DNA of 64,000 bases from Candidatus Magasanikiibacteriota bacterium (GCA_016207245.1 JACQQA010000005.1:64068-128067); one strand, 5' to 3'. Numbered from the stretch's first letter, positions 34,276 through 42,967 are shown. The notes: generated by a model not told the origin, from the sequence alone. A program made the numbers and translations.

Positions 34276-34345
34276 GTTATCAGTTAGCGAACCGTATACG
34301 TTGCGTATCGGCAAAACACTCTTTAGGGAGTGTTTTTGCTTTTTA
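34276..34345 (+). ncRNA. Candidate ~70-nt small RNA complementary to parts of the adjacent tRNA-like gene
   Basis: Bounded by the promoter above and by the terminator AAAACACTCT-ttag-GGAGTGTTTT-TGCTTTTT (34313-34345). 34276-34312 is the reverse complement, in permuted order, of the anticodon-loop and V-arm/T-arm segments of 34379-34464. Confidence 0.4.
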
Positions 34346-34378
34346 TTTTGTGATATAATATTGCCGGCGGTCGGGCAA

Positions 34379-34464
34379 GGAGAGTATTTCCGGACGGTTC
34401 CGGGCGCTAATTGATAACTAGTCGATACGAGAAATCGTATACGGTTCGACTCCGTTGCTCTCCG
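34379..34464 (+). tRNA. Non-canonical tRNA-like gene: 8/4 selC/allo-tRNA-type cloverleaf with anticodon loop TTGATAA (GAU)
   Basis: 8-bp acceptor GGAGAGTA/TGCTCTCC. 6-bp D-stem with 4-nt loop CGGT. Weak anticodon stem with a canonical 7-nt loop. 6-bp variable arm with a GAAA loop. 4-bp T-stem with loop TTCGACT. Discriminator G. Preceded by TGaTATAAT (34351-34359). Confidence 0.6.
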
Positions 34465-34481
34465 CCGCTAAAGCAACTCTG

Positions 34482-35213
34482 TTAAAGGGTTGTTTTATTT
34501 TCGTGAAGCGAGTATTTCGGATTTAATTTTATGAACGGCAATTGGATTTTTGTTTTTTGCGCGATGATGCTCATTAAGAAATTGAAAGCAATATAAGTGA
34601 GTGTGATGCCAACTGCCATCAAGCCGCGTTCTTTCCAGACGACGGGAATCAATCCAATCCATAATAGCGCTTTCATATTAAATATCCAAACCCACAACGC
34701 CCCGCCAACAGCGTGAGCCGTGAAAGTGGCACCTAAAGCGCGGAGCAGGACGGATTTTTCATGGAAGAAATACGCGGCCATCGGGATTAGCCAATATAAA
34801 GCATAATACCACGCCTGTCTTCCCTCGGGGTGCGCCCAGAAAACAATCATGGCGATTGCCGGGACCAACAGCATCCAGCGAGATTTTTTAGCGAAGTATA
34901 ATAAGGCAAACAACATCGGGAAAAAGCGGACGATCGTTCCGGCGTCAGTGGCAAATCCATGCCAAGCCCAGTTTGCCAGTTGCATAATCGCAACCGCGAT
35001 TAAGCCCCAGATTGAACCAACGAATCCACCAGCGATCGGGCCGTAGAAATCAAACAGCGAGAAACGAATACCCTTTGCGCCGACGAGTTGTGAGAAAGGG
35101 ACTTGCATTGCGCCCCAACCAAGGAGAGCAAAAATGGAGAGGAATACTATTTTTTTGAGATTAAGTTTTTGCATAGAAATTATATTATAAATTTTCAATT
35201 TACAAATTTTCAT
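34482..35213 (-). CDS. Polytopic membrane protein, unknown function
   Basis: About 6 hydrophobic helices. The true start may be the internal MQKLNLKK (35174). Confidence 0.55.
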   Translation of the reverse strand: MKICKLKIYNIISMQKLNLKKIVFLSIFALLGWGAMQVPFSQLVGAKGIRFSLFDFYGPIAGGFVGSIWGLIAVAIMQLANWAWHGFATDAGTIVRFFPMLFALLYFAKKSRWMLLVPAIAMIVFWAHPEGRQAWYYALYWLIPMAAYFFHEKSVLLRALGATFTAHAVGGALWVWIFNMKALLWIGLIPVVWKERGLMAVGITLTYIAFNFLMSIIAQKTKIQLPFIKLNPKYSLHENKTTL

Positions 35214-35312
35214 TTTTCAGAAGAAATTCAAAGTTTTAAGTTTTAAATTTTTTTTGAAAATTATGAAAATTGGGGATTGGTAATTTTAGTTAAATCATAT
35301 GGGTTTTCGTTG

Positions 35313-36392
35313 CTATTTGCTTAAAACATACATCATTCCTCCCAAATTTCTCACCTTTCCCTTCATCTCCATCAGTACCAGTGTACTATTTACCGCCGGA
35401 CTGTCAAGGCCGGAGAGTTTGACGAGCTGGTCAACGTGCGACGGTTCGCGGGAGAGGTGTTTGAGGATTTCGGCTTCGGTTGGCGAGTCGGGAATAATTT
35501 CGCGGTTGGCGATGAATTTTTTCACATCGTGCAAATTAAGCGCGTCAAAAATATCTTGCGCGGAGGTAACCGGATGCGCGCCATTTTTAATTAAATTATT
35601 CGTCCCAAGCGCGGTTGGCGACGTAACATTTTGCGGGATAGCGAATACTTCGCGATTGTAATCAAGCGCACATTGGGCGGTAATCAGCGCGCCCGAGCTT
35701 TCCGCGGCTTCAATTACCAAAGTGCCGAGCGACATGCCGGCGATAATGCGATTGCGGCGCGGGAAAGTGAATTGGGTCGGCAAAGTGCCGGGCGGGTATT
35801 CGGAAATAACCGCTCCGCTATTGGCGATAATTTTTTCCGCCAGCGGTTTGTGGATCGCCGGATAAATGTGCGCGCGATTGATTCCAGTTCCGAGCACCGC
35901 GACGGTGATCCCGTTTGCGTTCAACGCGGCGTGGTGAGCGATGCTGTCAATTCCTAAAGCTAGTCCGCTGACAATTGTAATTCCCTGCGCGGCCAAGTCG
36001 CGCGTCAACTCTTCGGTTATTTGTTTTCCGTAAGAAGTGAATTTGCGCGGGCCGACCACGGCCAACGTAAATTCGTTCGGCTTCAACTCTCCGCGGACGA
36101 ACAGACAAAACGGCGGGTCATAAATTTCTTTCAGCAACGGCGGGTAATCCGCATCTTCTTTGGTTAAGCAATGGATTTTTTCCTGCTTTAAAATTTTTTC
36201 AATCTTTTCTTCATCAACCGCGCTGCGCCATTTCAAAAATTCGTTAATTAAATTATCTTCCCAGCCGATTTTTTTGTAATCATCAAATCCGCCCTGCCAA
36301 GCGTTATCTAAAGATGAAAAAAGTCCCAGCATTTGCCGGTAGCGTTTAATGGTTATTTTGGGGAAGTAGGAGAGGAGGATTTCTTTTCGCAT
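35313..36392 (-). CDS. dprA: DNA-processing protein A (DprA/Smf)
   Basis: Rossmann-like core GLALGIDSIAHHAAL...FPRRNRIIAGMSLGTLVIEAAESSGALITA and a C-terminal winged-helix-like tail. Confidence 0.9.
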   Translation of the reverse strand: MRKEILLSYFPKITIKRYRQMLGLFSSLDNAWQGGFDDYKKIGWEDNLINEFLKWRSAVDEEKIEKILKQEKIHCLTKEDADYPPLLKEIYDPPFCLFVRGELKPNEFTLAVVGPRKFTSYGKQITEELTRDLAAQGITIVSGLALGIDSIAHHAALNANGITVAVLGTGINRAHIYPAIHKPLAEKIIANSGAVISEYPPGTLPTQFTFPRRNRIIAGMSLGTLVIEAAESSGALITAQCALDYNREVFAIPQNVTSPTALGTNNLIKNGAHPVTSAQDIFDALNLHDVKKFIANREIIPDSPTEAEILKHLSREPSHVDQLVKLSGLDSPAVNSTLVLMEMKGKVRNLGGMMYVLSK

Positions 36393-36449
36393 GAATTAAA
36401 GATACTAATATACGAATAGAGTACTAATGATACCAATGAATACGAATAT

Positions 36450-37298
36450 TTATTGTAATTTTTTTATTTTTTCCAATAAAACTTTAGCGCGTTCGGTGTT
36501 GGGGGTTAAATCGTATTTTTCCAGCGCTTTTTTAAGTTCGTCTGGAAGCAGCATGTTGTTTTTTTGCAGTTCAAAAAAGAATTTGTCGCTTACATCATAC
36601 GCGACGGAAGAGGCGGGCGTTATCAGACCGGGATTCTGTTTAAATTGTTCAATCAGGGTTTTTTCGGTTCCGCCGTTTTTTATTTCCTCGGCTAAAAATT
36701 CCTTCCACTGCTGTTCAGTGAAATGTTCTTTGGGGCTTTTTACTTCCGGCGGCGGATAATCGGCGTAACTCATGATGTGGCCGAGAAATTCATTAACAAC
36801 ATAAATTTCCGCGGCCTGTTGTCCGTATTGTTTTTGTAGCTGTTCAAACTGCGCTTCGTAAATCGGTTCATTCAAGACATATTTAAAAATGCCTTCTATT
36901 TTGTATCTAGACAACACCAGCCGCGCGATTTCCGTTTGTTTTTCTACCGCGGCTTTGTCAAAATTTTGGTGATGTAGTTCGTGATCAAGCTTGCGCAGGA
37001 CAGTGTTGTTTTTTCCGGACAGAGATTCCTTAAAAAAGATTATTTTCCCGTTTTCTGGAGAATCGGCTTTTAGTTTTCCAGTTCGGTCATGGCTTTTTTG
37101 GTAAACGAATCCGTCAAGCTGTTTGTCTTGGTATTCAATCTCCGGCAGTTGGTATTTTTCTTTTTCCCTGCTATCCGCCGCCGCATCAGTTTTTGGTTCA
37201 GCATTGGCTCCACCAATACCCAGTCGTTCCAAAATTGCCAGACCTAAAATCGCTCCGGTTTTTTTCAAAAAATTTCTTCGAGCCATTCCTTCAGGCAT
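36450..37298 (-). CDS. Exported protein with a twin-arginine-like signal and an HELHH motif
   Basis: N-terminus MARRNFLKKTGAILGLAILERLGIGGANA has an RR-x-FLK Tat consensus and an AxA-like cleavage site. There is an internal DHELHHQ (HExxH). Confidence 0.55.
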   Translation of the reverse strand: MPEGMARRNFLKKTGAILGLAILERLGIGGANAEPKTDAAADSREKEKYQLPEIEYQDKQLDGFVYQKSHDRTGKLKADSPENGKIIFFKESLSGKNNTVLRKLDHELHHQNFDKAAVEKQTEIARLVLSRYKIEGIFKYVLNEPIYEAQFEQLQKQYGQQAAEIYVVNEFLGHIMSYADYPPPEVKSPKEHFTEQQWKEFLAEEIKNGGTEKTLIEQFKQNPGLITPASSVAYDVSDKFFFELQKNNMLLPDELKKALEKYDLTPNTERAKVLLEKIKKLQ

Positions 37299-37301
37299 AA
37301 T

Positions 37302-37847
37302 TTATTTAATCAAATTTAATATTTCTCGCACGGTTTGTTTTATTGCCTCATCCACTTTCTTCTTCTCAAACAATCCAAATTTTTTCAGCACAAACTTCGC
37401 GGTGTCGGACATTTTTTTTGGATTTTCCGGCGCGATGCCGACGCGGACACGGGTGAAGTTTTGTGTGCCAATTTGGTCAATAATGGATTGCGCGCCATTG
37501 TGGCCGGCGGAAGATCGGTTAGTCTGGATTTTTATTTCACCGAGTTTAATATCTTTATCATCGTGGACCACGATTAAATCAGCCGGAGTTAGTTTGTAGA
37601 AGCGCGCGATGAGCTGAACCGCTTGGCCGGAATCATTCATGAAAGTCATCGGCTTGGCGAGCACGATTTTATTGCCGTTGATGGCACAGCCGCAAACTTC
37701 GGCATTAAATTTTTTGCTTAACTCCCAACCGGAAATATTATTTTCTTTCAGTTCTTCGCGCAATTTATCCAATACCATAAAGCCCGCGTTGTGGCGCGTC
37801 TTCGCGTAAGTTTTTCCAGGATTGCCAAGACCAACTATCAGTTTCAT
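37302..37847 (-). CDS. pth: Peptidyl-tRNA hydrolase
   Basis: MKLIVGLGNPGKTYAKTRHNAGF is the Pth N-terminal signature. 181 aa. Confidence 0.95.
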   Translation of the reverse strand: MKLIVGLGNPGKTYAKTRHNAGFMVLDKLREELKENNISGWELSKKFNAEVCGCAINGNKIVLAKPMTFMNDSGQAVQLIARFYKLTPADLIVVHDDKDIKLGEIKIQTNRSSAGHNGAQSIIDQIGTQNFTRVRVGIAPENPKKMSDTAKFVLKKFGLFEKKKVDEAIKQTVREILNLIK

Positions 37848-39241
37848 AGCTTTTTGTTTTTTGATAGTTTAATTATAACCGGCGTGGCGAAGAAGTCAAA
37901 CTGCTCGCGGAGCTTGTTTTCAATAAAGTTAACATAAGAACGATGCAAAGATGTTCTGGCCTTGATGACTGTGTTCAAAACCGGCGGGTTGTTTGCAATC
38001 TGCCGCAAAGCGATAATTTCCGGCTGGCGAACGCCTTTGCCGCGCGCCGGACGATGGGCTTTGATCAGTTGCTTCAAAAACGCGCGCAAGGCGTCTTCCG
38101 AAATAGTCGTGTGCCGCGCGCGCCAAGCGCGGGTGATTAAAGGAAAAATATCATGGACGCGGTAACCGGTCTTGCCGCTGATAAACATAATCGGCGCGAA
38201 TTGAAGGTGAGGAAATTCGCTGTAAATCATCTTTTTGACTTCATTGCGCATGTGATCGCTGTTGTCTGTCGCCAAATCCCACTTGTTAATTAAAATAATC
38301 ACGCTTTTGGCGCGTCTTTCCAAAAATCCTCCCAATTGCTGGTCTTGGGAAGAAATTGTTTCCCTGCCGTCAATTACAAATAAGCAAATATCGGATTTTT
38401 CCATCGCCTGAATGCTTTTGCCGATTCCTTTTTGTTCCAGTTCGCCTTCAACTTTGGCTTTGCGGCGGATGCCGGCGGTATCAATAAAATTAATCAAGCT
38501 GGTTTGGGTTTTCTCGCCGGTTTTTTCTTGATATGACATCAACGTGTCATGCGGTTCGCGCGTGGTATGAGCGATCGGGCTGACAATGACTTTTTCCTGG
38601 CCGATTAATTTGTTGAACAATGAAGATTTTCCGACATTTGGCTTGCCAACCAGACTAATTTGGATTATTTCCGGTTCCGCGATTTTTATTTTGGGATTTT
38701 TTTTGATTTTTTTAAGAATTTTAAAAATGTCATCCAACAAGTCGCCGGTGCTGCGGCCGTTGATAGCGGAAACGGTAAGAGGTTCACCTAAGCCGAGGCG
38801 CAAACACTCCGGCATACGCAAGTTTTTGGCGATTTTAGAGCTGTCGGTTTTGTTGGCGACGAGCATTATCGGTTTGTTCGCGATACGGCGCAGCCGTTTT
38901 ACCAGCTCTTTTTCTTGCGGTAAAATACCATCTTGCGCATCAACCACCATAATAATGATGTCCGATTCTGCGACGGCCATTTCGCTTTGTTTGATGATGT
39001 CCGGTTCCAGTTGGATTTTTTCATCAAAAGTCAACCCGCCGGTGTCAATCAGCCGGAAATATTTTCCGCGCCACAAAACCAGTCCTTCATTGTTGGTGCG
39101 GGTGGTGCCGGGGATGCCGGAAACAATTGCCTGGTTTTTTTCCGTCAGCCGGTTAAACAGGGTTGATTTTCCAACATTAACTCTGCCGACCAAAACGACG
39201 GTAGGGAGGGTGTTGGGTTTGATTGTGGCGGGAGTCGTCAT
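37844..39241 (-). CDS. der: Ribosome-associated GTPase Der/EngA (tandem GTPase domains)
   Basis: Two G-domains (GRVNVGKSTLFN...DTGG; GKPNVGKSSLFN...DTAG) plus a KH-like C-terminus. Confidence 0.95.
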   Translation of the reverse strand: MTTPATIKPNTLPTVVLVGRVNVGKSTLFNRLTEKNQAIVSGIPGTTRTNNEGLVLWRGKYFRLIDTGGLTFDEKIQLEPDIIKQSEMAVAESDIIIMVVDAQDGILPQEKELVKRLRRIANKPIMLVANKTDSSKIAKNLRMPECLRLGLGEPLTVSAINGRSTGDLLDDIFKILKKIKKNPKIKIAEPEIIQISLVGKPNVGKSSLFNKLIGQEKVIVSPIAHTTREPHDTLMSYQEKTGEKTQTSLINFIDTAGIRRKAKVEGELEQKGIGKSIQAMEKSDICLFVIDGRETISSQDQQLGGFLERRAKSVIILINKWDLATDNSDHMRNEVKKMIYSEFPHLQFAPIMFISGKTGYRVHDIFPLITRAWRARHTTISEDALRAFLKQLIKAHRPARGKGVRQPEIIALRQIANNPPVLNTVIKARTSLHRSYVNFIENKLREQFDFFATPVIIKLSKNKKL

Positions 39242-39332
39242 AATTAAGTGTATAAGTGATTAAGTGTATAAGTTAGTAAGTAGTGGCGAAATAAAGTACT
39301 TACTCACTTATTCACTTACACACCTACTTACT

Positions 39333-40769
39333 TCACTCGTTCATATCCTCGCCTAACAACACCAGTATATCCACTGTGCTGGTAGTAGTGATGTTGTCTG
39401 GTAAGGTTTGTCTAATTGGAATACGCAGTTCTTTTTGCAATGCTTGCATAACTTCAAACGGCGCGTTGGCGTTGATTTTATAAATTCCGCTGGTTGGCAT
39501 CGGTTTAATTTCCGTATTGCCGACAGCGGTGATAACAAAATTTTTATCTTCCAATCTCTTGCCCATGCGCGCGGCCAGGCCGGCGATCCAGGTGCCGTTT
39601 TGCACCTCTATTTTCGCGGGAGGCAAAGCGATTTTGGATTGTTCAGGCGTGTCATCAGTTTTAATCGGCGTTTTGGCAAAAATATTTTCAATCAGATTAT
39701 TTATTTCAGAAAAGTTTCCGGTTTTTGGCAAGAGAATAAACGAGCCGGCGTCAGTTATAGCGCTTTGCAGATAACCATTGACGCTGTCATCCAAAACCGT
39801 GGTGCTGATGTTCGGCACTTTCAATTCGCGCATTAACTTGAAGAAAGACATCAGATCGGAAAATTCCAGGTTAGTGGCGATATTATCAGCCAAAGTTTTG
39901 CGGATGTTATTAATCTTAATCGGGTTCACCAGCGTGGAAAAAGTCAGCGCCTTTTCTTTCAGCGCGAAGATCGCTTTTTGTTGGCGCCGAGCGCGGGCGA
40001 AATCCGATCCCTCGCCATTATTGCCGTGGCGGGAACGGACGAACTTCAGCGCGGTCGCGCCATTCATAGTTTGCGCGCCGGTTTTAAAACTTATTGTTTC
40101 ATAGCCGCTGTTTTTTGTCGGATACATTTCATCAGTGAATGATTTTTCCACATTAATTGTTATTCCACCGAGCTCATCAATAATTTCCGCGAAAGCTTTG
40201 AAATCAACCCGGGCGTAATAATGGATTTTCAAACCAAAAGTTTCTTCAATGATTTTCGCGGCAAACGCTCCGCCGGTTCCGCTTTCTTTGGCTTCGCCAT
40301 AAGCGCCGGCGTAATTTATTTTATTAAGGCCTTGCCCGGGGATTTCCACGCCCAAGTCGCGAGGGATGGAAATAGTCGCGATTTCTCCGGTTGACGGCTT
40401 CAGGCTGGCAATCATTATCGTGTCAGTTAGAAACGGCCCGTCATGGCCGATGCCGCCGATGCCGAGCAGGAGAATGTTGATCCGGTCATCGGAGTATCCT
40501 TTCAACCGGTATTCGCGCGAGAAGACCATTTGCGTGATTTTGCTGATGAATCCATCCGGTTTTTTTGGTTCCAGAGTTATCGGATCATAAGCAAGCGGGT
40601 CATCAGGCGCGTCAGCTTTCGCCATCAGTTTAATCACCCCGCCGACAACAATTAACACCGCGATTACAATCAAAAAAATCGGCCATTTGCGCGATTTCTC
40701 CGGCGGCAATTCCGGTTGGATTTCTATCGGATTGCTGGTGTCCAAAAAATTAATACGTCTGGTTTCCAT
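39333..40769 (-). CDS. LytR-CpsA-Psr (LCP) family protein
   Basis: TM anchor, then the LCP core INILLLGIGG....TDTIMIASL. The start was trimmed to METRR (40769) because the track's longer N-terminus runs across tRNA-Val. Confidence 0.85.
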   Translation of the reverse strand: METRRINFLDTSNPIEIQPELPPEKSRKWPIFLIVIAVLIVVGGVIKLMAKADAPDDPLAYDPITLEPKKPDGFISKITQMVFSREYRLKGYSDDRINILLLGIGGIGHDGPFLTDTIMIASLKPSTGEIATISIPRDLGVEIPGQGLNKINYAGAYGEAKESGTGGAFAAKIIEETFGLKIHYYARVDFKAFAEIIDELGGITINVEKSFTDEMYPTKNSGYETISFKTGAQTMNGATALKFVRSRHGNNGEGSDFARARRQQKAIFALKEKALTFSTLVNPIKINNIRKTLADNIATNLEFSDLMSFFKLMRELKVPNISTTVLDDSVNGYLQSAITDAGSFILLPKTGNFSEINNLIENIFAKTPIKTDDTPEQSKIALPPAKIEVQNGTWIAGLAARMGKRLEDKNFVITAVGNTEIKPMPTSGIYKINANAPFEVMQALQKELRIPIRQTLPDNITTTSTVDILVLLGEDMNE

Positions 40770-40865
40770 ACTCGGCCATAGTATAGCGGTTTTAGGGGGA
40801 TTTGTAAATGGCTTGATTTTTCTCGTATCGCGTGATATTATGATTGCAAGGCCGCACGGACTCGC

Positions 40866-40942
40866 GGTCGCATGGCTCAGCTGGTTAGAGCGTCGCATTC
40901 ACATTGCGAAGGTCCCTGGTTCGAATCCAGGTGCGACCACCA
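40866..40942 (+). tRNA. tRNA-Val (anticodon CAC), CCA encoded
   Basis: Acceptor GGTCGCA/TGCGACC, D-arm GCTC..GAGC, anticodon arm TCGCA-ttCACat-TGCGA, T-arm CCTGG-TTCGAAT-CCAGG, then ACCA. Confidence 0.95.
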
Positions 40943-40959
40943 AAATTAACCCCATTTAT

Positions 40960-41460
40960 ATGCCGCAAAAAATAACCGAAGAAACTTTGCTCGGAGATAT
41001 AATTCATGAGTGGACAATTTTAGAATATGAAAAGCATGCCCGCGGGACGCTGTGGTATGTCTTGGCCGCGGTTTTGGGATTGGCATTAGTTTTGTATGGG
41101 GTTTTTACCGGAAATTTTTTATTTTCTTTGATTGTAATTCTCGCGGCGATTATTTTATTTTTGCAAGCGCATCAGGAACCGCGCCAGATTTCGTTTCAAA
41201 TAACGGACTTAGGCGTGATCGTCGGCACTCGCTTCTATCCCTATTCTGAATTTGAAAATTTTTACATTATTTACAACCCGCCGGAAGTCAAGACATTGTT
41301 TTTGGACACCAAAAACACACTGCAACCAATGTTGCGCATCCCGCTGTTGGATATGAATCCGATTGAAGTCAAACACAGCCTACGCGAGTATTTGCCGGAA
41401 GATATTGAAAAAGAGGAGCCGCTGACGGACCGGGCGGCGAGGAATTGGAAAATACATTAG
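40960..41460 (+). CDS. Small membrane protein (166 aa), unknown function
   Basis: Two TM helices after MPQKITEE.... The start was trimmed to ATG 40960, downstream of tRNA-Val. Confidence 0.55.
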   Translation: MPQKITEETLLGDIIHEWTILEYEKHARGTLWYVLAAVLGLALVLYGVFTGNFLFSLIVILAAIILFLQAHQEPRQISFQITDLGVIVGTRFYPYSEFENFYIIYNPPEVKTLFLDTKNTLQPMLRIPLLDMNPIEVKHSLREYLPEDIEKEEPLTDRAARNWKIH

Positions 41461-41465
41461 CACAC

Positions 41466-41537
41466 GCACCCGTCGTTCAACGGATAGGACACAAGATTGC
41501 GGATCTTGTAATCGAAGTTCGATTCTTCGCGGGTGCA
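41466..41537 (+). tRNA. tRNA-Arg (anticodon GCG)
   Basis: Acceptor GCACCCG/CGGGTGC, D-stem GTTC/GGAC, anticodon arm CAAGA-ttGCGga-TCTTG, T-arm CGAAG-TTCGATT-CTTCG, discriminator A. No CCA is encoded. Confidence 0.9.
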
Positions 41538-41554
41538 CTTTTAATTTTGATTAT

Positions 41555-42019
41555 ATGGCGGAATATTTAAGAGCAATCAAATCACCTGATGGGGGAGGGG
41601 AGGAAGTGTTATCTCTGGAAGAGAGTAGAAAAAGGCAAGAGGGGCAAATTCATTTACAGGGCGAGCAAACGGGCTGGAAACAAACACGCGAAGTTATATT
41701 TGGAGGTGAAATTTTTGCCGGCGTGCCGATGATAGACATACCCAAAGATCCTGCCCTGGAAAGGCGTTTTTTATTAGGTTTTTGGGAAGGCGCGGCCGAA
41801 CAAATTAATGATCATATTATATTGACTCGCGGTTTGTCGGAAGAACAGAGAGGGGGCTGGAAAAGCGTAAAGCAGATGATTGACGGCAGACTGCGAGACG
41901 CGGAGTCAGCTTTGGAGAAAGGCGATACGGCAAAAATAGATATGAGCGATGTGCAGGATAAAATAAATGAATTAGCCAGAGCGGCGCAGGAAGAAGATAC
42001 GGTGAGAATGGCGGCGTAA
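41555..42019 (+). CDS. Hypothetical protein (154 aa)
   Basis: ORF only; no motif recognised. Confidence 0.45.
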   Translation: MAEYLRAIKSPDGGGEEVLSLEESRKRQEGQIHLQGEQTGWKQTREVIFGGEIFAGVPMIDIPKDPALERRFLLGFWEGAAEQINDHIILTRGLSEEQRGGWKSVKQMIDGRLRDAESALEKGDTAKIDMSDVQDKINELARAAQEEDTVRMAA

Positions 42020-42031
42020 TTTATTTTTGTT

Positions 42032-42967
42032 ATGAGCATTCATGAAATTATCGTCATCGTATTGGGTCTGGTGCTGTTTGAGGTAATTTCCAGCGTGGAT
42101 AACGCGGTGGTTAACGCCGATGTTTTGGCGACGATGTCCGTCAGAGCGCGGCGCTGGTTTTTGCTTTACGGCATTTTCATCGCGGTTTTTGTGGTTCGCG
42201 GCCTGATGCCATGGGTGATTGTTTATTTATCAAATACCGAGTTGGGTGTCATAAATTCTTTTATCGCCACTTTCAGCTCCGACGAATCAATCAGAGCGAT
42301 AATTGAAGCGCGGAAGCCGATTTTGCTGGCCGGTGGCGGTTTATATCTGGTGTTTTTGTTTTTTCATTGGCTGTTTGTTGAAACAAAAGAGTACGCTTTT
42401 TTCATTGAGCGACACATTCACAAAAAATATTCTTTTTGGTTTTATGCCGTCGCTTCGCTGATTTTGTTACTCGTGGTTTGGATTACGATAAAAATTAATC
42501 CACTAATCGCCATGGGCGCGGTCGTCGGTTCAACCGCATTTTTTATCACCAGCGGATTTAAAAAGAACGCCGAGGAAAAAGAAAAAGAACTGGCGAGCGG
42601 CCATTTGACTGACATAAGCAAAATTATTTTTTTGGAATTGATTGACACCACTTTTTCCATTGACGGAGTTTTGGGCGCGTTCGCGTTTACCATTTCCGTG
42701 CCGCTGATATTAATCGGCAACGGCATTGGCGCGCTCGTTGTTCGTTACGTTACGGTCAAGGGAGTTGAGACAGTGAAAAAATATCGGTTTTTGAAAAATG
42801 GCGCGATGTATTCCATCGGTTTTCTTGGGTTGATAATGCTGGCGGAAAGTTTGGGTTCGGAAGTGCAGTCGTGGATTTCGCCGTTAGTCACGCTGGTGGT
42901 GGTCGGTCTGTTTTTTTGGTTGTCAAAGAGAGAGCTGAAAGTTGAGAAGAAAAAAAGGGAAATATAA
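42032..42967 (+). CDS. DUF475/TerC-related integral membrane protein
   Basis: SSVDNAVVNA near the N-terminus and a second-half motif ELIDTTFSIDGVLGAFAFT, with multiple TM helices. Confidence 0.7.
   Translation: MSIHEIIVIVLGLVLFEVISSVDNAVVNADVLATMSVRARRWFLLYGIFIAVFVVRGLMPWVIVYLSNTELGVINSFIATFSSDESIRAIIEARKPILLAGGGLYLVFLFFHWLFVETKEYAFFIERHIHKKYSFWFYAVASLILLLVVWITIKINPLIAMGAVVGSTAFFITSGFKKNAEEKEKELASGHLTDISKIIFLELIDTTFSIDGVLGAFAFTISVPLILIGNGIGALVVRYVTVKGVETVKKYRFLKNGAMYSIGFLGLIMLAESLGSEVQSWISPLVTLVVVGLFFWLSKRELKVEKKKREI

Noticed and set aside
34379-34464. Calling the tRNA-like gene selC (tRNA-Sec)
   Set aside because: The architecture is Sec-like, but there is no UCA anticodon anywhere in the loop region. 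The T-stem has 4 bp rather than the 5 bp of bacterial tRNA-Sec. No selA, selB or selD genes are seen in the window.
40687-40959. Long N-terminal extensions of ORF 40687-41460(+) and of the LCP gene (to 40898, minus strand) running across tRNA-Val
   Set aside because: Both extensions are read through a canonical tRNA gene (40866-40942) and through each other. The genes were trimmed to ATG 40960 and to METRR at 40769.
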